From Eremomyces bilateralis CBS 781.70 (lineage: Eukaryota): a stretch of 64,000 bases of DNA. Location of the stretch: assembly GCA_010015585.1 (NCBI GenBank), contig ML975176.1. One strand, 5' to 3'. A model generated the notes under the pieces. That model searched no databases and was not told the DNA's origin. It worked only from the letters and a program-made list of their open reading frames with translations. Positions 12,080 through 25,064 of the stretch are shown one piece after another. The translations under genes were made by a program, and so were the position numbers. Numbering within the stretch: the first letter of the stretch is position 1; each line of letters begins with the position of its first letter.

Positions 12080-13578
12080 TCAAGCCCAAGCCTTCAACTT
12101 GAGCCCAGTAATCGAAAGACGTGAAGCGATCATGATAAGCCCACCGCCAATCATGGTCACACCACCAAATACCCAGACATTTGCGAAACCAGACCGGTTC
12201 AAGATCTCGCCAGCGATCGGAGTACCAACGAGCATGGAAATGGCAATACAGGTGAGTGCCATGCCGATTCGAGTCCCGACCTTCTCTCGGTCCGGCGTCA
12301 GTGTGACGAGGACCGTTGACGGCAAGGAGATGAATGGACCGGTGAAGAACCCAAACAGCACACAAAGAGCGATAAGGCTGGACTGGTCGAAACTTCCAAC
12401 GAGTCCAAGTTCAATGGCACCACTACATATCACGAAGGGAATCATGACATTGAGCGGGCCGGTATAGTCGGCGACCCAATTCGGTAGAATGCGACCAACG
12501 AAATCCGCAGCATTGAAGATTGACACCAACCATGTGGCCAGGTCCATGGTGGTGATCTCGTAAGCCATGGCATAAGGTGTCAGGTAGTAGAACGGTGCGT
12601 AGTATCCCATGTACGAGATGAATCCTCCGAAGACGAACAACGCGTAAGGACGTTCCTTGAAAGCACCAAGCTCGACAAGGGAGCTCCATGACCGTGTAGC
12701 CGATGGAAGGACACGGGATTTCATGAAGACGTTCGACAAGATGAGAGTTCCGAGGGCAATAAAACCGATGACACGGACTGCCCATGGGAATCCGACCTTG
12801 GGGATCAACCGGGTAACAATGATGGGATATATGATGCCGCCTGATGGTATCAGCAAAGGTCAGAATAGGGACCATCCGACTTACCGAGACTCCCCCCCGA
12901 GGTGCCGAGACCCATGGCAATTCCCAGGTTTTTGTTGAAGTAGGTGGATAAAATCGCGACACTTGGAACGAATAGACAACCCATTCCAAGACCCACGCAC
13001 AATGCCTGGGAGAGCAAAACCTGCCAATAGAGAGTTGACAGACTAAGCATCATCATGCCAAAGACGGTTAAGAAACTTCCAACCACCAGGAGGGTACGGA
13101 AGTAGCCCGTGTCGTAAAGGGGTCCTGTCAGGACACCAATGACGAGTACCAGGAACGTTTGGATGGAACCGATCCATGAGATGGCTGACGGTGAATGTTG
13201 GGCGAGATGTTCGGTCTGGTAATAGTTTTGGAAAATCCCATAACTATTGACGATGCCCCAAGTGTTTAAAAACAGGAAGAAGACACCGACAACCTGCACC
13301 CACGCTTGAAATCCGCCATCGGGAATTGAGTCGAGGTCGTTGGCAGATTGAAAACCAGTCACGGCCTGGGCTTCAATGGATTCGACCGAGCTTCCAGTCA
13401 TCGCTCTTATCGAACCACTCTCGCTCTTTTCTTTTATTGATCCATTGGAGGAGATGGCTTGTGGTGTTGAGTCTCGTTCCGTAATAGGGGCGAGGTGAGC
13501 GGTCGTGTCCATCGCGTCCTGGAAAGTGACGTCCGACCGTGAACTTCGAAAAGATTCCCTTTTATAATCGTCGCCCAT
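12080..13578 (-). CDS. MFS monocarboxylate transporter (MCH/MCT family), 2 exons
   Basis: IPDGG...W motif, SYGIFQNYY, ISWIGSIQ, GFPWAVR, GTRIGM. One short intron near 12841-12884. Confidence 0.9.
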
Positions 13579-14586
13579 AACTCTTTCGGATTATTCGTGC
13601 CTTAAGAATAGCTCCTCATGGAAGATTGAGATGGACCCAGCGGAGGTATCAATCAAAATGGCACGAGACAAGATATTATAGGATGAGACTGAACAAGCAA
13701 ATAAGATCTGCACCCAACCCAATCGATTTCAAGTAGAGTCCATTCTGTCTACTGGCGATAACGAATATTTAATGCCCAGACGACCTTGACTTGGATTCGC
13801 AGTACGGGTTCCGACATCCCTGTCATGTCGGGCTTCACCACCAGCTGTCAGTGGTTGATTTCTGAAGGATGTTTGTGGTCCGTTTGAAACTGGGAGTACA
13901 AACTAACGGCCATGTAGTGTCTAAAAAAATTAATGACTGGAAAGGGAAAGTATCTGCAGAAACTAGGAACGCGGTCCGTAAGGTCGGGGTTTCTATTGCG
14001 ATGGAAACCTTGAGCCGTCGGAAGTTGTGTCCTCCATGCCAGAAGCAGGAAGATCAGCACCGGTCCTATCGAAGGAATGATTCCTTCATAAATCATATGA
14101 GCCTCTCATACGGAGATATGAAGCCTAAACCGAGCGGTGAAGGAATATATCGGATATCGTAACACGAAGCTGAACCAACTGAATACTGGAAGCCAGAATT
14201 GAGAACCGGTTGCCGTACGAATAGTCCGCATAATAATAGTCTGCATACGGACTCAAGGAATGCGATGTCCCTGTTGAAAGGGTCCGAGTCTCGAGAGACA
14301 GGTGAAAGCCCGCCCAGTAGACGATTGATCATTGATGACCTTGAAGACCGAGGAGGCTGGAGCGTATCCCTGGTGTTGAAACGGATGGTTGCTTTGCTTC
14401 CGCCACATATTACCTTTCTGAAGATATTTTATTTCCCCATCATACTCCTTTGGTTGAGCAAGTCGATATGGCTCTCCTTTCTGTCTGCTGGTGGTAATAC
14501 CTGAAGGATGTTGTACTTGTAAGTATTGTTGGGTAAGTGCAATGGAAACAAGATGAAACAAGATGAGCTAGAGTGGGAGTTTGTTC

Positions 14587-14619
14587 CACGTGACAAACGC
14601 GTCCCAACGCGTGACGCGT
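14587..14619. promoter_or_regulatory. Three MCB elements (ACGCGT) plus a CACGTG box upstream of the primase gene
   Basis: ACGCGT at 14597, 14607 and 14614 and CACGTG at 14587, ~200 bp upstream of the PRI1 ATG. Confidence 0.75.
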
Positions 14620-14816
14620 CTCTCAATTGACAACAGAAGATCGGATCTAGTTTGATATTTCGGAACTTGACGTTTCTCCTGTGAACATCCCACGCCGATT
14701 GCACGTAACAATACACGCAATGCTCCGCTCTCGATCCTGATAATTGAACTACAATTGACAATCATCCAAAAAACCTGGAGATAACCACGAGCGCCATTGG
14801 TCACCCTTCAAGCAAT

Positions 14817-16411
14817 ATGCCTCATTCGGTGTCTCCAGATACTGGGAGCTCTGGCGACCATGACCTTCCAGATGCCAATCCTCAAAGTTCCCATTCAACA
14901 CCGACCATTCGTGCAGGTGAATCACCGGAAGAGGCCGAGAAGTCTAGCACGGCATTAGAGGACATGTTTGACGATGACGATGACGACTTGGACGATCTCT
15001 CATCCAGCATGGCAGCGTCACAAGAGCCTCAGTCAGTTCAGGCGATGTATGCTCTCAAGAATCCATTTTTGAGTCCTTAATAACCATAGACTAGATCCGG
15101 TGCCCAATCGGCCAGATTCTCCGACCCCGAGATCATGCGAGCATTCTATCAGCGTCTATTTCCTTTCCGTTACCTTTTCCAATGGCTCAATCATTCTCCC
15201 TCTCCTTCCACCGACTTTGGACATCGAGAGTTCGCCTTCACCCTACCAAACGATGCATATCTCCGCTACCAATCATTCCCATCCTCCGACCTACTTCGAA
15301 AACAGTGCATTCAAATGCTCCCTTCCCGTTTCGAGGTCGGTCCCGTCTATAGCACCAACCCACGAGATCGAAAGACCCTTCGAAAATCCTCCGCATTCCG
15401 ACCATTAAACAAAGAATTGGTTTTTGACATTGATATGACGGATTACGATGAGATTCGAACCTGCTGCACTGGTGCAAACATCTGTCATCGGTGCTGGGCT
15501 TTCATCACCATGGCCATCAAAGTCATTGACACGGCCTTACGGGAGGACTTCGGATTCAAGCACATTTTGTGGGTTTATTCGGGTCGAAGAGGTGCTCACG
15601 CTTGGGTATGTGACAAACGAGCTCGAGAGTTGGATGATTCCAAAAGAAGAGCGGTTGCGGGATATTTGGAACTGCTGAAAGGGGGAGATAGTAGCGGGAA
15701 GAAGGTCAATTTGAAGAGACCCCTACATCCACATATCGAGTATGTTCTCATCCATGGAGATGAACTGGACTAATTGCGAGTAGACGGAGCCTCAGGATTC
15801 TTCGGAATCATTTCTCCGATATCCTCGAGACTCAAGACCCTTGGCTTGAAGACGATCGAGCGGCTCATCTTCTATCTCTGCTTCCTGATCGAGACCTTGT
15901 CGCCGCATTACGCAAGAGATGGGACAGCGCTCCCGGACGCCGAAGCGGATCCAAATGGGCGGATATCGATGCGTTGGCTGAAGCAAGGGTATCGGAACAT
16001 CTGGACTCCAAAGCACTTCTGGAAGCAAAGATCGATATTGTGCTCGAGTATACGTATCCCAGGCTGGATGCAGAAGTGTCGAAAAAACTGAATCATTTGC
16101 TGAAGAGTCCATTCTGTGTCCATCCAGGAACTGGTCGTGTTTGTGTGCCAATCGACGTCCAGAAAGTGGAGGAGTTTGATCCTCTGGAGGTGCCGACCGT
16201 CACTCAACTGTTGGATGATATTGATCAATGGGATCATGATAAGATGGATGGCGTGGATGGGGAAGGGACCGGAGAGAAGAAAATCCAGGATTGGGAAAAG
16301 ACCCGGCTGAAGCCCTATGTCGAGCAATTCCGAAACTTTGTTTCCGAGTTGTTGAAAGACGAGCGCGCGATTAAACGTGAACGAGATGATGCAGACCCTA
16401 TGGAGTTTTGA
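14817..16411 (+). CDS. PRI1: DNA primase small (catalytic) subunit, 3 exons
   Basis: REFAFTL, KELVFDIDMTDYD, VYSGRRGAHAW, YPRLDAEVSKKLNHLLKSPFCVHPGTG. Introns near 15047-15094 and 15740-15783. Confidence 0.96.
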
Positions 16412-16459
16412 AACATCCTCCATATATTCGATATGAACAGTACATGACTTCACTAATAT

Positions 16460-18187
16460 CTAATGCATCCCAAAATCATCACTTCGTGCAAGCGTTTTCT
16501 GACATTTGGCAAGGATGGCCGCCTGTCTGCCAACTTCACCCAGTCGCCCAAGGACCGCCTTATTACCATCCACAAAACCAAAAAGCGCATAAGGTACGTT
16601 GACCTCTTCACAAAATTGTTGAACCAGTTTCTGCGCCTGGCGTAGGTTATGGCGTGGCATGCGAGGGTACAAATGATGTATCGCCTGGAACTGAAGACCA
16701 CCATGGAAGAAATCCAACCACTGTGGACAATCCACATCCATCGTTGTGCGTAACATCTTTTGTGGAAAGGATTCGCCGACACCGAGTTCCTCCGTGCTCA
16801 TGGCGAAGTGACTAAGAGTGATCTGGAGATGTAACGGAGATGTGACGATATGGCTCACCATAAAGAAAGCAAACCGGCCGGAGTTCGTCGGTATGGACTT
16901 GTATATAATCCCGTATCCATACCATATCCAAAAGAAGACGTGACCTGCGATCTCCAGCCATCGATGCCAACGTGCCGGACCTTTTCGGGGGGGTTGACTT
17001 CCTAAAAGGTATTGCCAACTCAATCGGTAGAGATTGAATCGACCGAAACATAGAACCACGTAGTAAAGATAATCCTGATATCGAACGAATACCCTTGCGA
17101 CGGCATCGTATTTCATGACATGACCGTAATACGACGAGCGTAAAGAGCCGAAAAACCTTGGGGACACGGCGAAGAAGGGTACATGCTGGATATCGGGGTC
17201 GTGTTCCGGAGAATTGGTCACGACATGATGGACGTTGTGATTCCTTTTCCACCAACCGATCGACAATCCCCCTAGAAAATCCGCGATGAAGATGGCGATC
17301 AAGGAATCGACCTGGAAGTTATGGGTGATGCCGATATGAGCGGAGTCGTGCGCAGTAAAGACCAGTTGTTGCCAAAAACATCCAATGAAAACCCCAGCTA
17401 AACTGTACCAACCCCAATGGATGGATAGCATCGCCATGGAAAATAGGAAAGAATATCGGATAGTTTCCACACCGTAGGCCCAGTAGTTGCACTCAAACAA
17501 CCCCTCACTCTTGAGACGTTCAAACAGTTGTCGGTATTTCCGGATAATATCTTCCTGGACTTCGGGATCGATCGGTGGATATTGAAGAGCGTCGATCTCA
17601 AAAACCTTGCCAGTACGTGCATCAATGGTTCCCATCCTATCGGAATCCATGTCTTCGAGATCCACCGATGATATCGATGTTGCCGAGGACACCGGGTCGA
17701 TCCCTCCTCGATTCCTCAATGTTGAATGTAGTTCGGGAGAGGAGACTGGACTAGGTTCTGAGGACTGGTCGCTTGAATCATTGACTTTGTCGAGGACATC
17801 TAGTTCGGCTGTCTCGTATTGGATCTGTTCTCGAGTTCGAAACTTGCCTCCTTGGATAGGTGGTACGAAACCAGTCCATCGTCCTTCGATCGTTCCAATT
17901 TGATATTTCGTCATATACTCCAGAGTTTCGGGGGAGTGAAATCTAGTCAAGTCAGGAACATGATTGATACATATCAGTACAAGTACAAACCCCTTGACTT
18001 CATCTGTGGCATCTCTTCCCAGGAAATGTCTGATAGATATTTCTCCTCCAGGATGATATTGGAGCCATGCATCACATTTGAGGACCTTCCCATTCACGAT
18101 GACAATATGTCTCCCCTCCGCTATCAAAGCTTCAATCTCATCCCTCGAGAACACCCTCTCTTTCCTCGATGCGGATACGCGTCCCAT
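16460..18187 (-). CDS. Cytochrome b5-fused delta-8 sphingolipid (front-end) desaturase
   Basis: HPGG heme motif and histidine boxes HDSAH, HNVHH and QAIHH. Contains a 48-nt in-frame intron at 17943-17990. Confidence 0.9.
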   Translation of the reverse strand: MGRVSASRKERVFSRDEIEALIAEGRHIVIVNGKVLKCDAWLQYHPGGEISIRHFLGRDATDEVKGFVLVLICINHVPDLTRFHSPETLEYMTKYQIGTIEGRWTGFVPPIQGGKFRTREQIQYETAELDVLDKVNDSSDQSSEPSPVSSPELHSTLRNRGGIDPVSSATSISSVDLEDMDSDRMGTIDARTGKVFEIDALQYPPIDPEVQEDIIRKYRQLFERLKSEGLFECNYWAYGVETIRYSFLFSMAMLSIHWGWYSLAGVFIGCFWQQLVFTAHDSAHIGITHNFQVDSLIAIFIADFLGGLSIGWWKRNHNVHHVVTNSPEHDPDIQHVPFFAVSPRFFGSLRSSYYGHVMKYDAVARVFVRYQDYLYYVVLCFGRFNLYRLSWQYLLGSQPPRKGPARWHRWLEIAGHVFFWIWYGYGIIYKSIPTNSGRFAFFMVSHIVTSPLHLQITLSHFAMSTEELGVGESFPQKMLRTTMDVDCPQWLDFFHGGLQFQAIHHLYPRMPRHNLRQAQKLVQQFCEEVNVPYALFGFVDGNKAVLGRLGEVGRQAAILAKCQKTLARSDDFGMH

Positions 18188-19549
18188 CCTGAGACAGTGC
18201 GGGAGATGATTCTAAACGAGGGGAGGTCCGCTAATGCGGAGAAATCAGAACTATTAGATAAAATTGAACGATGAAGATTGCAGGAACATCTATTCTGTAC
18301 ATTCTCGTGATACAAAGACGGTGAGTGCAGACAGGAGTGGTGGAGTGAGAGTGATGCATGCGTGTGGTTGGACGTGGGGCTTCCCCTGACTTCCGGAGCA
18401 TGGTATGTTTAAAAAGTGCATGTGGTTGCCTAGTATGTATACCTTGTTGCCCGAGCTCGGCTTCACTTCACAATAATATCCAATCTTGAGATGAACTTTA
18501 AATGAATTGACGAATTGACCGTCACATTTGAACTTCGGTCCTTTCTACTCTGGATACATATCTATGTTACTAGCTTGTTGGGTCGTTACCTCATTGACTT
18601 CTTTTACCGATTACGGAGACAGCCCCAAACTCTGACATTCCTCGAGGCTCCTTGGCCATCGTCCCACAAGCATCCAGTCCATGCTCCATTGCCAGCACCA
18701 TCACCAATTCCACCGTGAAATATCACTCTCTCTTCAATCTAAATATCGAAGCATGGCATTCAATCCCAATTCCTAGCAGATGTCCCCAGCCATCACGGCC
18801 AACGCAACAGCAAGGAGGGCCGAGGGGGAACGTGGAGATCCCTGCTGCGTCTCCTTCGCAAAGCCTCTATGCCTAAAACAGAAATGCTTGCGACACACAT
18901 CTACACACGTAGTAGTAGTACGCGGACAAATTCGTGCAAACTTCTGGCCCCTGGGGCCGGGTCCTGGGACAATAGGAGTGAATATGAATCGCTTGTCAAA
19001 TGCCACCATCGCTGACGTCTCTCCATCCCGTCCGGATTATGTCCATATTTCGCATCGGGATTCGTTGGTGAACTGCGGCATGGTCAAGAATCCCATACTT
19101 CCGCGGACGAGCTTAACGAATACCCTAGCCTAATGTTACCTACCCTACGTACTGGCCGAACTTATTCTGGGCTTCTGGCCCCTTCACAGATTGAAGGTTT
19201 TGTTCCTACAACTTAGCATCGTCAAGGCTCAAACGTTAGACACTAGAAGCTCAGGCAAGGCTGCTTCTTCAGGGTCAGATACGTACTTGCCCTGCCCTAG
19301 CTTGCGTGTCCACGCCGCGGCGTTGCAATTGCGCCTCAAGATTACTACATCAGTCGTGTTTACTTTTCACCAAAGTTCTTTATCTTTTTATGATATAGGT
19401 ACTTTGGAAGTGCTATAATCCAGGCATCAATTGATCGTCTTCACCCCTTCCTAAGCTTGAACAATCATCGTCCACCTGGAACTCATTTGAATCTTGCTGA
19501 GCATTGAGTTGAATTTCTATTGCACTATAAGAGGTGGATCCACTCAATC

Positions 19550-21652
19550 ATGGTGTACTGTGGCAAACCGAGTCGAGGATGCCAGATGTGCAAGTCTCGA
19601 CATATTAAGGTAAGAGGAATTAGGTTGTTATAACTTCAATGATTCTATTCGCGTCCATTCAACTGCGGTCCGTACCTGACTCGGGATATGCAGTGCGACG
19701 AAATTCGGCCTAGTTGTACACAGTGTACACGAACACGCCGCGAATGTCCAGGATATCCCAATGAGTTCGATCTGATCTTCCGGAATGAGACGTCTGCTGT
19801 CACGAGAAAAGCTCAAAGGAAGAAAGGTGGGAGTCCGTCGCAACTCTCGCAAGGCAGTCCGTATGTATCCACATCTTTGGCCTTGCCCCTGATAACACCT
19901 CAAAGAGGAATTTGTTCCGACGGCCTCGTATACACTTGAGGCTTCTCACCGTATTCTAACTAAGTGCAGTCAATCGCAAAGTTCATCGACATCTCCGGTA
20001 CCGACAAGAAAGTCGACCACTAGAGCCAATTCTTTGGTTCCGACCGATCAAACCGTGGACGTTGCTTCATCAAGAATCGATCCCGTGATCGGTAAGTTGT
20101 TGGAAGATGGATCGGATATCACGGTCAAGATCCTCGGTGCCCATCCAACTCCTATGGATCTCTTAATCCAGCAAAAGTTCATGGATGAATGGCATATCCT
20201 ACCGGACTTCCTGAACATATCTTCCCACGAAAAAGCCACGAATTTCTTCTTCCGAAATTTCGTCATGAACTTACCTCAGCATTCGGGTAGCATGCGAGGT
20301 TATTTAGAACATCTCATCCCCATGTACAACAACTCGATGACTGGTTCGGCTATTCAATTAGCCACTCATGCCGTTTCGTTAGCCGCAATGGCCAACTACC
20401 CAGGCCATAAACACCTTCGGCAAGAAGCACGGGAAGCTTACAGCAAAGCCATGTATGAGGTCTCCAAGGCCATTCAAGACCCGATCTTGGCAAGATCCGA
20501 CGAGATTTTGGTGTCCACTCTTCTGTTCGGCTTGTTTGAGGTTGGTCTCAAGGATTTCAAAGATTTCAAGGTATCATACTAACGGTCTTAGGCTATATCT
20601 GCGACCGTTCAAGACACGAATACTTGGTGTAGTCATGTGGATGGGGCGGTGGCATTGGTCAAGATTCGTGGAAAGGAGATGGTCAAAGGTGGCCTTCCTC
20701 TCGACCTGTTCCGCGCGGTGAGGAGTGTGATGGTAAGTGTCGCTGAAATGGTTCTGTACGTTTCTGTTCGGTTGCTGATGCATTATAGCTTACCGGAGCT
20801 ATTCAACGTGGCAAAGCTATCGACGACTTTCCCGACCCAAAAGGATGGTTCTGTGATGATGAGAGCGAACAGAACCCTGCGAATCGTCTCACGCTTATCG
20901 CCCTCCGATTGCCAGCGGTTCGAGTCGAGGCCACCGAACTCCTCCAATTACCCAGGACATCAGACACGATTACTCGTATTTTGGAAATGATCAAAATGGC
21001 CCAGGAAATCGACGCGGAGTTAGAGGATTGGCCCAACACACTCCCGGACACGTTCAGTTTCCGGACTATTTCTGTGGAGCCGGTCATTCAACCGCACGAA
21101 GATCCAGCGACATTCCCCAAATGGCAGGGTCCAGTCCATGTCTATGAAGATGTCCACACGGCAAACTGCTGGAACGATTATCGAATGACTCGCATCTTCT
21201 GCCAATCGGTCATATTATTGTGTGCCGCTACCCTTGGTTCTCCTGCATACCAAGAACAGCTCCAGGAGGTATTAATCCGAGCCAACTATGCCATTCAAGA
21301 AATGGCCGATGGTGTTTGCTCAAGTTTGCCTTTCCATATGAATCCCGAATGTCAACCGGAAGTTCGGGAATTTGGTCCAGATGAAATCGGTGCGTACTGA
21401 ACCACACTTTGCTATAGGATGTGTTGCTGAGTCTTCTTAGGACCCGAAGCGACTGGAAGTTATTTCATCATTTGGCCTATGTTCGCCATTTCCCAACTAC
21501 CGCAGTTGTCCGATCAGCAGAAGCAATGGGTTCTCGGGGCCTTGTACCGTATTGGAAAGAATTTCGGGTTGAACTGGGCGCAAACGCTTTTCGTTGCTCA
21601 GCGTCACATCATTACACAGTCAAGCGGACCGATGGCCGAGTTAACGACGTGA
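19550..21652 (+). CDS. Zn(II)2Cys6 transcription factor, multi-exon
   Basis: MVYCGKPSRGCQMCKSRHIK|CDEIRPSCTQCTRTRRECPGY binuclear cluster split by an intron (~19610-19693). Fungal TF domain (LLFGLFE...SHVDGAVALV...WNDYRMTRI). Last exon ends ...MAELTT* at 21652. Confidence 0.9.
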
Positions 21653-22641
21653 GGATACGATCGAACAACCATCAAGTGTTTAGGAACGTCGTTTTCAACT
21701 TGGTGAGGAATCAAGGAAGTGAAGGAGTTCAGGGCCACCTGGCTGAGGCTCCTAGGGGTTCGGTACCGGTTAGAAGGCCTGGGCAAGCTCATTGAATACT
21801 TGCTTGGGCACTTGTCCATAAGAAAGGATAAGATTGACCAATTCGAAGAACAGACGACGAGTATGAACATATAAGTTGATACCGCGTGGTACGACAAGAA
21901 AGCTGCGAATATGTGTGCTTAGTTCGATGGGAACAAATCGAGCCGAGATGAATGAATGTACTTATGTACGAGTAATGAAGCATGAATACTCCGTCTGCGG
22001 TGTAATAAAGCATCCATATTGCGGTAGTACCTGGGTAGTACCTGTGAAATCCAGAGCTCGGTTGGTATCGCGAAAGGATTTCGTTAGGGCCTCAGGGGTG
22101 GATCCAACAGCATAAGATTGGGCCCCTCGCCTTCGGGGGCACGCCGCCATGGATCCGCTTCCCGTGCCGCACGCCTCGCACGGCCGCACCTCATGGCGTT
22201 TCATCATTCATGGGCACACGGTTGGGGCATTTCAACGTGGAAGACCAAAAGTTCCGGTATGAAACACATAATAGCGGGCGAAAGGAGGCTGGTCGAAGCC
22301 GCTAAAACCCTATAACTGAACCCTCCTCAGTCCCCGCGCCTGCATGTGATCGGTGCCATAGACCCTACGATATCCAAGTCCGTATTCACTATTCAACCGA
22401 ACTGCACTCCTGCTGACTACCGTGTGAGCTGTCAGGGCGGAATTCAACAAACAGTGATCACCATCGCATTTGGCTGATAGTTGACCGTTCATACACAAGC
22501 TCAGCCCACCATTCGTTGAGTGCCATTCGCTCACTTAACAATTCAGATTTCGGCCTCTATCCTCCCTTCCCTTTCATTCAATCAGGTTAGAATCGCATTG
22601 CTCTTCAAGAGTTCTCAATCGACATCACCACGACCTTCAAT

Positions 22642-23120
22642 ATGTCTGCCATCGGAAAGCTGGTCCCTCTGGCGATTCTGTTTGCCGTTGTCGGTGTCTT
22701 CGTATGGGTCGGATATCAGGTAAGATAATAGTTCTTGCGGTCTAAGAACCACGGGACAACGGCCCAAGCTGCACCCGAGATTGGGTCACATTGATACTGA
22801 CCCGTTTCGGTTTAGATGTACGTATTCGCCAATGACCTCGCCGATCGCGGAACCAAGAAGATGGAGAAGAAGAATATCACCTTCACCAAAGACGGCATGA
22901 AAGTGGGTGTGAAGGAAGTTCGAACGGAAGACTACGAGGATCGGACACAAAGGTGTGTACTAGCCAGACCATGGCACGACATGCGTTGGATTCTGACATG
23001 AGAAACAGCGTCTTCGTCAAGACATGGAATTACGCGAATGACGGTAAAGATGCGAAGAAGTCCGGATCGAAACCTTCCGCGTCACGGACGAACTCCGGAC
23101 TGAAGAACAAATCGGGATGA
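22642..23120 (+). CDS. Small single-TM hypothetical protein, 3 exons
   Basis: MSAIGKLVPLAILFAVVGVFVWVGYQ|MYVFANDLADRGTKKMEKKNITFTKDGMKVGVKE...TQ|SVFVKTWNY...KSG*, with canonical GT-AG introns. Confidence 0.75.
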
Positions 23121-23757
23121 TCTCTTGGGGATGGTCTCTTCGGGATCGGTATTGGGGGGCGAGATGGGAGACATGAACGATACCAGGAGGATTTCCTAAG
23201 CGTGGGCACCTGGCTTGATGACATTGAAGACGGCATGTTCAGCGGTGCTTTAAACTGAGTTCGACATCAATGGGAAATCCTATGTCAGCAGTGCATTCAA
23301 CGGGAACAATCTGGCGCAGCAAACCTAGGTCTTGAAGACCATTTAGAGTTCATCACTACGGTTCCGGGACGGCGTGTACCTGTATTTCGGGATGGAAGTC
23401 ATCTGTAAACTTGGTTCCAATGCCAATGATGGCATTACGGCGTTCAACTCCAACGAAGCGATATATTGATTGCAATCGAAGATTTGTCTGACTATGGTGG
23501 AGAGATGGTTATATACTCCTGATATATCCACAACTCTGGATAACCTCCTTTTACCATGGACTTTATATGCGTCCCCGAGCCGCCTCTCTTGATGAGAGCG
23601 GGGCTGGTACTGGTAGCAGCTTAACCACCCCTCCATTGATTCTCCAACATACTAATCACGACTCGACTACATGTAACTTATAACCACTCTCTTCCTATTA
23701 CACACCTCTATCCCTCAAACTAGCCGATAGACCTGAAGTAGCTGCACGTCGTTCACC

Positions 23758-24812
23758 ATGGGACCGCCTTCATCGCTTGTGGTATATACATCTTGAAACG
23801 TTCCTTTCGATCTCAAGCTCATACATACAGACTAGGTTGAAAGTCCAACTCAAGCTGGGCATAGCACGACTACGTATGGTTCAACAGAAAGATGTTGCGC
23901 TTGCGAAGCAGCAGAGAAGAGCTATGGCTCAGTTAATAGAGGTACACTCTCGATCTACCGATATGCCGCAAGCTTCACGATTCCCAAACTAATACGCTTT
24001 CCCAGCAAGGAAAGATTGAATCCGCCCGTATCCGCGTCGAGAACATCATCCGAAGCGATATCACCACGGAACTTCACGAGTATATCGAACTGTACTGCGA
24101 GCTGCTCCTTGCCCGCTCTCAACTTCTCGACCCGCCTCCATCCACCACCCTCTCTTCCTCGTCTCCCGCCCCTACTCACCAATGCGATCCTGCCTTGGAA
24201 GAAGCCGTTCGTACCGTCATTCACGCTGCACCACGTACCGAGATCAAAGAGTTACATTCGGCCCGTGCATTGCTGGTTGAGAAGTTTGGGCGGGAATACT
24301 CCACGCTCGCCATGGAAGGAGAGGGGGTTCCGGATCGAGTGTTGAAAAAGTTGAAGGTTGAGAGTCCGTCACCGGAGCTTGTGGATGCGTATTTGCGAGA
24401 GATCGCAAGGACATACCAAGTGCCATTTCCTGGTGTGGACACCGATGAAGATGAGGATGAGGATGATGGAGGCATCAAAGAGCTGGAGCAACAGGTGGAG
24501 CCGCCACTAGAAGCAGAGACAAAGACGGGCTCTGATGACGAAGGGAAAGCTGATGAGACAAGAAGATTGAGTCAGGCTACACCACCGAGGAAGATCGGAA
24601 CGAAACCCGTGGTGGGAGTCGCACCTCAGAGTCCAAGCTCCGAAAATGTTACGCCGAGTGTGAAATTGCCTGGTCCTCCAACCGAGTTAAGGCCGAGTGC
24701 GAAGATGAAAAAGGCAGAGACGAAGAAACCTGAAGGGAAAGGTAAGGGGCCGGGAGGATCGATTCCCGATGTCGACGAATTATCCAAGAGATTTGCTGCG
24801 TTAAAGAGGTAG
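23758..24812 (+). CDS. IST1: ESCRT-III-like Vps4 regulator Ist1, 3 exons
   Basis: LKVQLKLGIARLRMVQQK, ESARIRVENIIRSD, ELYCELLLAR, EEAVRTVIHAAPRTEIKEL, and a C-terminal MIM-like DELSKRFAALKR. Confidence 0.92.
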
Positions 24813-25064
24813 CGTTATCCTGTCACTGGTGGAGTAGCGTGACAGCTTGAGTAACCCTTTGATTGCTACCGTACGAATCTATCGGACAGCGAGGAGCAAA
24901 GTACGCTGGAACCGTTTGATGGACAGCAAGGAGAACGGGGCTAGTATGAACGCGTATGAGTTGAGTGATCACCATACTAACTACCAGAGCGCACTGGCTC
25001 AAAGTTCGAGATATCTCTACGAATTCCACAGAATATCAGATCGGTCTTTTATTTGCGGCGAGAA

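Noticed and set aside
10243..21652. Secondary-metabolite cluster (MFS pair, desaturase, Zn2Cys6)
   Set aside because: There is no backbone enzyme and the genes are interleaved with housekeeping PRI1.
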